DNA of 64,000 nucleotides from Haliotis rufescens (Eukaryota): NCBI RefSeq assembly GCF_023055435.1, contig NW_025963779.1, positions 20,708,001 to 20,772,000 of the forward strand, read 5' to 3'. Shown piece by piece: positions 50,230 to 61,596 of this stretch (position 1 is its first letter; each line of letters starts with the position of its first letter). The notes under the pieces were generated by a model. It saw only the letters and a program-made list of their open reading frames with translations, ran no database searches and was not told where the DNA came from. The position numbers and the translations under genes were made by a program.

Positions 50230-50990
50230 GTGGTTTTGCCGCAAACAGGAATGGAGTAAAATGAAGTTGCAAGACATTTTAATATTCACCGAAACACAAT
50301 ATTATCAGTTTGGCAACACTCCTGACTTGCCACTGGCCGGTCGTCCACGTGTGACGTCACGTCAATATTCAGTTAGTTCTTCTACGAAATCGATACCAAA
50401 CTGTCTCATTAACAGCTCGGAAAATTCCCAGGTTGAGACCACTTTGTGGCAGAACCCGAACCGGACGCAACCGATCGTGGGAGCACAACATCCGGTCCCC
50501 GCGTCCAGCGATACGCCCAGTTTGGCTTCCTCGTCACCGTCCGGAAAGCCTAGCTTGGTGTGAACAACAACCGAGGTTCAGAAGACAAGACTGGAACCGT
50601 ATACTTTTCACAGCCACGATGGTCGTGCAAGGCTCTACGGGTGTCCAGGGGCGGTCGGGTAGCACAGTGGTTAAAGTCTTAGCTCGTCACGCCGAAGACC
50701 CTGGTTCGATTCCCGACATGGGTACACTGTGTGGAGCCCATTTCTGGTGTCCCCCGACGTGATATTGCTGTAATATTGCTAAAAGCGGCATAAAACCATA
50801 CTCACTCACAACAGGTGTCCAGGAGAACGTTTTAGCGACGCGTTACTCAGCGTCGTCAGTTTTGTGGGGGTTTATATGCAGCACACCTACTCTTTTCCGT
50901 CGGTATAGATCTTATTCAATCTTCCATAATCAAGATAAAGTTTACAAAGGAACAAGTCGTTAGTTACATGTCAATTAACAGTTTTCGGCA
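50230..50990 (+). mobile_element. Degenerate Tc1-family transposase remnant interrupted by a SINE
   Basis: Frames read GRPRVTSRQ, RPAIRPVWLPRHRPESLAWCEQQPRFRRQDWNRILFT, and DGRARLY..[SINE]..PGERFSD. These are Tc1 DNA-binding linker and pre-DDE motifs, now frameshifted. Confidence 0.7.
50648..50809 (+). mobile_element. SINE family A inserted in the Tc1 remnant
   Basis: TSD ac(g/a)ggtgtcca. Confidence 0.9.
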
Positions 50991-51349
50991 AGAGTTGATC
51001 ACTAGAACAGCTAGCCTCGAGTGAGTGATCGAGTTAGTTGGGTTTGATTAGGATTTCAATATATCGAGGCAGAGTCGCTGCATGTTGTTTCGGAAATTTC
51101 GCGGTGACGCAGTTCGTAGACGTTTGCCACAAACCCACGATATGGTGCTAACAAACCAGGGATCATAATCGATCAAACGATAAGCGGATCCTGGCAGCCT
51201 TGCACATGTCCATAGACAGCCTGTCCATCCCCGACATACCGGGTTTTAATCGACATGGTATTAAACCAATACATAGTCTAGTGTGCTTTCAATGTCACCT
51301 ATATGTACTTACATTTGAACTTGTTATCAGTGTGCACTTTACGGTCCAT

Positions 51350-51620
51350 GAGTGAGTGAGCGCGTGTTTCACGCAGCTTTGAACAGTATTCCAGTTATGT
51401 TACGGTGTGTCAGCTTGGTGTGGGAGCAAGGCCTGAAGTGATGCAGGTCTTAGGCATTTACAACGTTGGTAAACGTCACGAGTCTGGGTATGGTGCTGAC
51501 AAACCTAGAAACACAATCGGAGCGAACCGGGATTCGAACCAAAGACCATCGGTTTCTGGCGTGCTCAATGAACGCAACTCTGCACAGCGAATTGCGGAGC
51601 CTGGGTCACCCGTGCCCCCC
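51350..51620 (-). mobile_element. SINE family D
   Basis: Near full length; TSD ggtccatga. Confidence 0.83.
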
Positions 51621-51862
51621 TTTTGGTCCATGAATAATTACAATGCACTAGTAGTTCCAGCCACTCACCTACGACCGTGTTGATTTAGATACCTGGGATT
51701 TCAGTTTGGAACAACATGTTGCGGTGACTGCTTCAAGGCGTACAACTTTTCAGCATATTTGTTTTGTACATTTGGGCATGTTGCTGAGTACCTCCAGGGT
51801 GTGCAGAGAACAATAAGATGGCCGGTCCCTTAAAATATTGGACCACACAGAACTTCATCAGA

Positions 51863-52168
51863 GGTTAGGTGAAATGGGGTTTAATGTTGCGTCCAAGATT
51901 ATTGCACTTATATAGCGACGTGCATCCACGTGTGAGTGTGGCTGATTGTACTAGTCCCGACTGATGCCGATTTATAGTGCAAGTCCACATGCCGCGGTTT
52001 AACATGAATACACTGTAGACTGACTCCGATCCGACCAGTCCTTATTTTAGCCCCTCATAATGCCGAGCGCCAGACAGGGTTACATCAAGATGCATCTTTT
52101 AACGTCTTTTGGTATGACGCGGCCGGGTATCCGGGCGGACATTCTACCACTAGACCACGGAGGCGGTG
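51863..52168 (-). mobile_element. SINE family B (degenerate)
   Basis: Reverse copy with internal deletions; TSD ttcatcaga. Confidence 0.82.
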
Positions 52169-52693
52169 AATTTCATCAGAATGTTTATCATATCGATGAT
52201 AACGTTTCAAATGACCTTTAAGTACCTAGAACCCTCTTAAATTCGCACGATTAAAAAATGGATAGACGAAGTAGCGTATGGAGGGACTCAACCCACAGAA
52301 ATACGAGAATCTGCACTTTACCAACAAAGTGTTCAATGGGTTAGATCGCTGACTTTGTCTGCTGGCGATTAGGTGCCTCGCCCGGACGGGACTCAAACCC
52401 AAAAAGTACGAGAATCTGTACTTTACCAAGAAATATAACATTTGTTACATAGGAAAATATACCACTCTATTCCTGTAGCACGAACGTGGGGTGTATTTGA
52501 TCCTTGACTGCTTCCACACTTTTTACAACCACTTCTTGTTGACTGTTTCCGTTTTATCTGTAAGAAGAAACGTTTATCGGTGACCAAACCTGGTGCCACA
52601 GATAAAGTCTGGACCGGGATCGTTATCTGAAGAATCGTTATCTGAATTCAATACTGTTTCGGGTCAATCCCATTCCGTGTGTACGTGTACACC

Positions 52694-55403
52694 ATGAAGG
52701 AGGTGATTCTGGGACTGCTTCCCCTCCTATTGGCTGTGGTCCTGGTGGATGCCATGTCTCCACCACCCCTACGTGAGTACGATCTACACCACCCGACAAA
52801 TGATACAAATGCTCATTCAAGAATATATGACTCCCTTCTTTCCGACACGGTGGTATGGTATAACTGTATTGAACACAAACACAATAGTCTGTCTCACGGC
52901 CCCTAAGCCATATTATTTTCCCTTCTCCCCAACCCTTACTGTAATGTTATAGCCCTAAATGAAGTAAGTCTAGGTTCAGAATCTCCCATCTCACAGAGGC
53001 TCCTTTTCAATTTAAAGCTGTTTGTGTCTATCAAAATTACATACTTTCTGACTGTGTAAGTCTTCTCACACAATAACGTACATATTTCGGATAAGTTGGT
53101 GGGAGGGTAGTTGATACCATACCGATATTATTTAAGGAAAGTGATTCTTTCACGGTGTTCATATTGAGACCGTTATAGATTATCATTAGTTGTCTGAGAT
53201 ATGTCCTTGCTCAGTTAATCCTATACAACCATGAGAATATACAGCCGTGGTGGAATATTGGGAATACACTAAACACTACCAGCAACCGGAGACAATGTCT
53301 TGGTGGTGCATCATTCTGCTTACTGTGAAATATCTATACAAAATCGTTCACGATCAGGTTTTTCAACATTATAGGCATCAGTAAAGCTTTCAAAAACGTT
53401 TGTTTTAGATATGTGGAGGACATTTCCAAATTTCACACATTAGCAATTCCCTACTTTGACTTTTACCATATGAGCCCGTGTTTATATTGGTGAACAATCG
53501 ACTTGCCTTTACATGTGTTTGTGACAGGAGTCGAATAATCACTATTTGACATTGATTCATTGACACGTGCTCATGATATACGCAATCGCGACAAAAACCC
53601 TTTTCCTTTACAATTAACGATTGCTGACTGACGCTCCAAGCGACTTGCCACCTGTCATGCATGTTAAGTCCCAGCTTCATTATAGATAAATAAGCATAAA
53701 TGTGAAACAGGTAAAGTCAATTTATCCGTGTCCATTCAAATGAAATTGTATAATATTTATTGCATATAATGTCCCATCAGAAGGTAATACGTACTTCTGT
53801 AATTTCATTCACTGTCATGTGTAAAATTGTTTACTTGAACTTATATAAAGTGAGAGAAACATGAGTGGCAGTCAACACACGGGACTCGTGACCCACGGTC
53901 ACATTCTTGGCCGACGCATACCAGTGTCCGTGTGATAAAGCCTCTACATACAATAAGACTTATGTCTTATGTTCGATCTCATATGGTCAGCCTATGACCT
54001 TGTTACGACCGTTACTTCCCTAACTATACTTAGGTTAAGTACCTGGCATAAGTAACATTATCATGATGATGTGTTCATGAATCACTATCATATAGCGATG
54101 ATACCAGGTGTTCGCGAAGTGGCACCCGTCACAAACACATGCAAAGGCATGTCAATTGTTCACCTGAAAAACAAACTTTTGAGAAATCGTATGACGCTCT
54201 TTGAAATCTTTGTATAAATAGCATGCTACCTCAAAAGGTTGTGAACTGTAGACACCTAAAGGATGGATCTGCTGGAATAATGATCGAAATCAATCATTTT
54301 GCGATGGCAGACAAAGTGGGGTATGTTTTAATCATTTGAACCTAGGGTTTCTATGGCCTTGTCCTTCTTAAAGTTCTGGTACACCTCAGGGGCGGTGGGG
54401 TAGCCTAGTGGTTAAAGCGTTCGCTCGTCACGCCGAAGACCCGGGTTCGATTCCTGACATGGGTACAATGTGTGAAGCCCATTTCTGGTGTCCCCCGCCG
54501 TGATATTGCTGGAATATTGCTAAAAGCGGCGTAAAACGTTACTCACTCACTCACACTGGTACACCTGAAGAAAGGCATGTTATGAAGTGTCCTTCTCGGT
54601 GTACCGGACTCGCTAACTCTGACCACTCCCTCCTACTTGGGATACACGTGTGTGTGGCGTGTCTAGATGTGTCTATATGATTGCTACGTGTTACAGCTTG
54701 CACAGATTTCCTGCCTAACTGCGACTCCTACGCAGATTCCGCCTGTACCGGGACCTACGAGTCGTGGGCAAGAGTGAAATGCGCGCGCAGATGTGGCTTC
54801 TGTGGTTGGTATCCTTCAGTGAGACACATCACGATTTGTTATACTGCTTTATTGGATGATATGAAATAAATCAGTGACATAAATAGTATTATAATAATAA
54901 TGAATGTGCAATGTGAGTGAAAGGTTAATCCCTGTACTCAATTATTTTTCAATTCAAGGGAGAAGTTAAACATTATTCGTGAACTAATAATGCATGAAAT
55001 GTTATTGCTTCTGTTATGTGGTGACATTAGATGAAAAAAAGTTACTTCAACTGTGACGATGAAGACAAGTCTCTTCGTCGGATCTGAACAGTATTATAGG
55101 TATATCACGGTGTGGCAGCTTGACGGAGACACCCACGAGCACGCGTATCGTGCTGGCAGTCCTTGAAACAAAATCAGTAGTAGTAGTAGTATGTTTGTTG
55201 GTTAACGCCGCACTCAGAAATATTCCAGCTATATGACGGCGGTATGTAAAGAATCGACTCTGGACCAGATAAACCAGTGATTGACATCATCAGCATCCAT
55301 CCAAACAATTGGGATACGATGACATGCATCAACCAAGTCAGCGAGCCTGACCACCCGATCCCGTTAGTCGCCATTTACGACAAGCATAGTCACCTTTTAC
55401 GGC

Positions 55404-55445
<42 letters not shown>

Positions 55446-56750
55446 CAGTAGTAGTGACAAAACAGTTAACTCAATCATTCATTCACACACAACACACGGG
55501 CTGTAGTTGCAAATGCTTTGCCCCCGTGTTCAAATACAAATTAGTCAGTAGATCGGGTATTATGAATTAATTCGCTCTGAATTACCAGGATATAAATGAC
55601 AGCTAACCTTTCTAAAGATACATCTCCAAAATGATATGTTTTGACATAAGTAACTGAATTGTATTATTAATTCCTGCATTTGTCATATAGGTAAAGTCTT
55701 CTACATATGTAGGGGCGGTCGGGTAGCCTAGTGGTTAAAGCGTTCGCTCGTCACGTCAAAGACACGGGTTGGATTCCCCACATGGGTACAATGTGTGAAG
55801 CCCATTTCTGGTGGCCCCCGCCGTGATATTGCTGGAATATTGCTAAACGGCGTAAAACCATACTTACTCACTCACTCACTCTTCTACATTTGTTACTCAT
55901 GCTGTCAGTCACTGGTTAACAAAGATAATCATCCTCGATTTTCCTTCCATTCTGTTATCATAAAACCCGGACCAGTTCGCCACCCATGCCTCTTTCCGGA
56001 ACTGACGCCTCAGTCTCTCACGCCAATCGAAACGCTTTTTGTCAGAAATGATCTTCTGGAAAGAAAGTTTTCATGAGTATTGAGACAGGAACAAAAAAGT
56101 CCCAGTTCCCAGTTGTATTTGATACGTTTCAATGCGAGCCCAGTAGGCCTCCTGGTAAATTATACTGCTTTTTCAAAAAGGAAAGAACAGAGTAATTTGA
56201 ATGGACGGAAATTTGAAGCGTCCTGTCATTCGAATGAGACTCAAAATGAAGCTAAGGTGTTGAATTGGCCCAAGGAATTTATCATAATAGAATGGATATA
56301 TAACTACACCGGATCGAGGATGGGGACTTAAGACAGAATGTTTTACCGCTGCTAGGTTCCCCACCGCCCGCCTCCCCGCCTCCCCTGTGTAAAGACCATC
56401 TGGACAACTGTAACCAGTTCCAGGCTGACACGTGCACCAACAGCTTCTACCGGAAATGGGCGGAGGATAACTGCCGGAAGTCGTGTGGGTTCTGTGGCAG
56501 CACCACGCCTGGTAATGAGCTGATTGGTCGAACTCAGTATTAACTCTCATTCTCACTATTGAAAGGAAAGTTAACACAACTTCAGTATGTTAAACGAATG
56601 CTTACTCTATGTTTGCCTCTGATACGAGTCAACAGTTATTCTATGCGCACAAAAATCAAAATATCGCCGACAATACAACAGTTAATGCAACTGGCAAGAC
56701 TTCATGTTGCAGGTGTGCCCACCCCTCCGATGCCCACAAGACATTTTTAG
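52694..56750 (+). CDS. Secreted 2x ShKT protein, divergent paralogue 4 (126 aa)
   Basis: Exons 52694-52772 (signal MKEVILGLLPLLLAVVLVDAMSPPPL), 54697-54804 (CTDFLPNCDSYADSACTGTYESWARVKCARRCGFC), 56356-56511 (Pro linker plus CKDHLDNCNQFQADTCTNSFYRKWAEDNCRKSCGFC) and 56713-56750 (GVPTPPMPTRHF*). All introns are phase 1 and in frame (381 nt). AATAAA at ~56795. Confidence 0.83.
54389..54554 (+). mobile_element. SINE family A
   Basis: TSD ctggtacacct. Confidence 0.92.
55192..55405 (-). mobile_element. SINE-like family C, 5'-truncated, inside a (GTA)n microsatellite
   Basis: Flanked on both sides by (GTA)n. Confidence 0.82.
55712..55879 (+). mobile_element. SINE family A
   Basis: TSD cttctacat(a/t)tgt. 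Confidence 0.9.
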
Positions 56751-56858
56751 GATGAAAACAGTCGCCTACCTTCTACATTGTTGATTCTCTTCACAATAAA
56801 TGTCTTGCCAACACGGAGGTATTATGGTACTTTTTTAGTGAACTCTTTTCCTCATTCA

Positions 56859-57211
56859 GACCGCCTCCGTGGTCTAATGGTAGAGCGTCCGCCCGGAGAG
56901 CGGAAGGTCCGGGGTTCGATCCCCAGCCGCGTCATACCAAAAGACGTTAAAAGATGGTACCTGTTGTTATCCTGTCTGGCGCTCGGCATTAAGGGGCTAA
57001 AACAAGGACTGGTCGGCTCGGAGTCAGTATACTGTGTCTGAGTGGGGTATTCATGTTAAACTGCGGTATGGTATCTCAGTGTGCTAGCACTATAAATCGG
57101 CATCAGTCCGGACTAGTACAAGCAGCCACACACACACATACACATACACGTGCATGCACGTCGCTATATAAGTGCAATAATCTTGGACGCGACGTTAAAC
57201 CCCATTTCACC
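56859..57211 (+). mobile_element. SINE family B
   Basis: TSD tcttttcctcattc. Confidence 0.92.
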
Positions 57212-57841
57212 TCTTTTCCTCATTCTGTGGTAGGGGGTCTGAGCTATCATCATTAATTAATTCATGAACTAATTAACATTTGACATGGTCCGGACAGGCC
57301 TCGAACTATAATCAGGGCGAACCAGGATTCGACACAACGGCCTCGGGCTTCTGGCACGCGCGAAAGAACGCACAGTGAACTGCAGCGCTTCGGGGCATCT
57401 GTGTCAAATATAAACGAAGGGAATAGTGTATAGTGGTTTCCATATTCAACCTGAGTAGTACTCCTACTGATTGTGATGGTCGATGAGTTGTCATTGGAAC
57501 ATGGACAACACGCCACGTTACTGTGGAGCAAAGAATATTTTCCTTGACCGTGGTAAGTATCGAGCTGAGGTTTCGTCTCCAGACTCTCCGCAAATGATAT
57601 TTAAGACACAAAACACATCTTGGGTGTTTCACGTAATTTGTCTGTAACGGTTGAGAAATTATTACACAGTCAGAAACGTTTGTGTGGACAGTATGTTTGA
57701 CCATCAAAACCGGAGAAAATCCTCGAGAATATTCTATGATTCTGTGAATGCATATTAACGCTTCCTTATTGCCTATTTACAAGCATTGAGTAACGGTGTG
57801 TCTGTCTACATGTGGAAGATAAGTAATATGTTGGGTACACG

Positions 57842-58076
57842 TGTTTGTTTGTTGGCTAACGCCGCACTCAGCAATAATCCAGCTATATGATGGTGGTCTG
57901 TAAATAATCGCGTCTGGACCAGACAATGCAGTGATTGACATCATGCGCATCGATCTTCTCAATTGGGATCGATGACATGCATCAGCCAAGTCACCGAGCC
58001 TGACCACCCGATCCCTTTAGTCAACTTTTACGGCAACATGGGATGCTGAAGACCTATGATACCCCGGATCTTCACG
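57842..58076 (-). mobile_element. SINE-like family C
   Basis: Reverse copy flanked by gggtacac. Confidence 0.83.
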
Positions 58077-59365
58077 TGTGGGGTACACATGTACCCAGTG
58101 TGTATCATCAGGAAAGTTATAAGTAACCTGTACTTTTCTCTTGCGATTTAACGTTTTACCTTCCCTTATGCATTAAAAACAGTATATTTTCAGAATTCAA
58201 TATCGAGAATACTACAATACATATACGAATTATCTGAATTTCCTACATTGACCTCATAAATTATTAGTTGTAGGCTTATTTTCTTTTTCTTCTTCATGAA
58301 GTATTTCTGCAAGGAAAAGGGTATGTTATTGCATCATGAGCATGTATACTGCATTCGACCTATTGTGCACTAAGCTGGTATATGGAATGAAATATATAAG
58401 CATCAGTAGCATGTGTGAGTGAATATTGTTCCAGTCATCAATATACGTTGCAGCAGTTCCATCGAGGCTGAATGTATCCCTCGGTGCCGGGCAGCAGTCC
58501 AAGTGGGCGGGGTTTGGTGTCACACACAATCAGCCAGGTCACAAACCGTTACCCCTTGATCAAAAGATGTTCTAGGTTTAATAAGCATATCGTATGCAGT
58601 ACATAATTGTACATGTCCCAAATATGTTTGCAGTAGTATTGGTGGAAGAATATTAATGTGGTACCTTCACCCTAATTTAACCATGCATGTTTTGAGGAAC
58701 AAGAGTGCCACCACACTCAATGTTTTCAAGGGATGAGGGAGTCAGGACTGCAGAGTAAACGTGGAGCAGTTTCATGCCAAAATTTGTTTGGGAGTTGATG
58801 GAAACAATTTCCATCAAAATTATCCGCCTCACATAGATGGTCGCTTGAGTTGATTCGATCACGGTTTTCCATCAACCTGCACATGTGTCCGTTGGAGGAG
58901 AGGGGTGTACATAAGTACTCTCCCTCAATGACTGGTGGCAATGTCATCTCTGACTGTTTCACTTTCAATATACTGATCATGCAGTCATCATCCAGTTAAC
59001 TGAAATAAGACAATTATCACGTAAGCATGATAATTTGTCTTCTTGACAAATAATTGCCAGAAAAATGTGTGTCTTGTTCTTCTGTAGAATAGATGTGCCA
59101 AACTGTCAGTTGGGGCTAAACATTTTGGCACTACTCACCCAGATAACTGAAACATGACACACTAAATGCATAATGTTCTTGAAGGGCAGAGGTGATTATC
59201 AGCCAATGCACTATCTTCAATCACTAATAAATTTAACACTGTTGTGGGTGGAAATCCAATGTTACGTTTGTCAATTGTATCGACACAGCAGATTTTGGTC
59301 AGCGTTTGATAGTATGGGCAACGATGGGTCAGACAACTTACGTATTGTAACCACTCCGTCATAAT

Positions 59366-59530
59366 TGAGTGAGTAAGTATGGGTTTACGCCGTTTTTAGC
59401 AATATCCCAGCAATATCACGGCGGGGGACACCAGAAATGGGCTTCACACATTGTACCCATCTCGGGAATCGAAACCGGGTCTCCGGCGTGATGAGCGAAC
59501 GCTTTAACCACTAGGCTACCCGACCGCCCC
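59366..59530 (-). mobile_element. SINE family A
   Basis: TSD actccgtcataat. Confidence 0.92.
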
Positions 59531-60029
59531 ACTCCGTCATAATATTAGTCGTGTCTCGCAATAACAAACCTGGGATGGTGGGGATCTTATGTGCCAAGAA
59601 ATCACCCCTTACTGTCAGTAATTCAAGTCCTAGATGGTTTAGGTGAAACCCACCAGCAGGGGTTATTGTACCAACAAACCATGAACAAAATCTGGATATT
59701 ACGGGATTCGAACCCAGGATCATGAGCAAACCGACTTGTGGTAATGAATACGTCTGGGCCACCAGTACCACGTTAAAACCTACTGTGGGACTATTCTGTC
59801 TTATTGGTTTTTTTAACAGACAGATCGTTGAGTTGAAGCCTTCAACTAACCTCGCGATAGACGGGTCATGTGCTGACCTACATTCCGGACACAAGTGATA
59901 ACACACTGTTGGGGTCGTCGACGGGCAGGCAGGTGTCCATTGTGTGATTCATTTGCGGTCAAGTGGGCAGGTATGTTTTGCCTTGCGACATAACATAGAT
60001 CTGTTTTCATTCAATATGCATTTAGGAGA

Positions 60030-61320
60030 TACATTTAAAACACACAATCGTTATACACGTTTAGTGTACTCAATCGTTGTAGACATTTAATAGAAACAAT
60101 CGTTATACACATTTAGTGTACTCAATCGTTGTAGACATTTAATAAAAACAACCGTCTAGACATTTAGTGTACCCAATCGTTGAAGACATTTAAAACACAC
60201 AATCGTTATAGACATTTATTGTACTCAATCGTTGTAGACATTTAATACACACTATCGTTATACACATTTAGTGTACTCAATCGTTGTAGACATTTAATAC
60301 ACACAATCGTTATACACATCTAGTGTACTCAATCGTTGTAGACATTTAATACAAACAATCGTTATACACATTTAGTGTACTCAATCGTTGTAGACATTTA
60401 ATACAAACAATCGTTATACACATTTAGTGTACTCAATCGTTGTAGACATTTAATACACACAACCGTTATACACGTTTAGTGTACTCAATCGTTGTAGACA
60501 TTTAATACAAACAATCGTTATACACATTTAGTGTACTCAATCGTTGTAGACATTTAATACACACAACCGTTATACACATTTAGTGTACTCAATCGTTGTA
60601 GACATTTAATACACACAACCGTTATACACATTAAGTGTACTCAATCGTTGTAGACATTTAATACACACAATCGTTATACACATTTAGTGTACTCAATCGT
60701 TGTAGACATTTAATATAAACAATCGTTATACACATTTAGTGTACTCAATCGTTGTAGACATTTAATATAAACAATCGTTATACACATATAGTGTACTCAA
60801 TCGTTGTAGACATTTAATATAAACAGTCGTTATACACATTTAGTGTACTCAATCGTTGTACACATTTAATATAAACAGTCGTTATACACATTTAGTGTAC
60901 TCAATCGTTGTAGACATTTAATATAAACAATCGTTATACACATTTAGTGTACTCAATCGTTGTAGACATTTAATATAAACAATCGTTATACACATATAGT
61001 GTACTCAATCGTTGTAGACATTTAATATAAACAGTCGTTATACACATTTAGTGTACTCAATCGTTGTAGACATTTAATATAAACAGTCGTTATACACATT
61101 TAGTGTACTCAATCGTTGTAGACATTTAATATAAACAATCGTTATACACATTTAGTGTACTCAATCGTTGTAGACATTTAATATAAACAATCGTTATACA
61201 CATATAGTGTACTCAATCGTTGTAGACATTTAATATAAACAATCGTTATACACATTTAGTGTACTCAATCGTTGTAGACATTTAATATAAACAACCATTA
61301 TACACATTAAGTACACACAT
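60030..61320. repeat. 52-bp AT-rich minisatellite made of two related 26-bp halves
   Basis: aatcgttatacacatttagtgtactc + aatcgttgtagacatttaata(c/t)a(c/a)ac, about 24 units. It ends ~280 bp upstream of the P450 ATG. Confidence 0.95.
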
Positions 61321-61596
61321 TTAAAATAAGCAATGATGATACATATAATTCGTTATCCACCTACGACATATTCAGTTCTACAGTTTAACTGTTATGCACC
61401 CAATATAACATTCAGCATCGTACATTTGCCATCAACACACGTATCCGTGTAACATTCACGAATCACGCGAGTCCTGCTGACTTCCTCACCTTATCCGAGA
61501 GCACATACCCTAAGGTTATCGTGTAACCTCATTCATTCAGGAGCTCTGCACTTGATTCAATTTCATAGTTAAAGGGTGACACCATCGGGCCACAAC

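Noticed and set aside
58300-59350. Possible decayed transposon ORF on the minus strand
   Set aside because: Only short broken frames with no motif I can name; it would need a tBLASTx or Dfam search.
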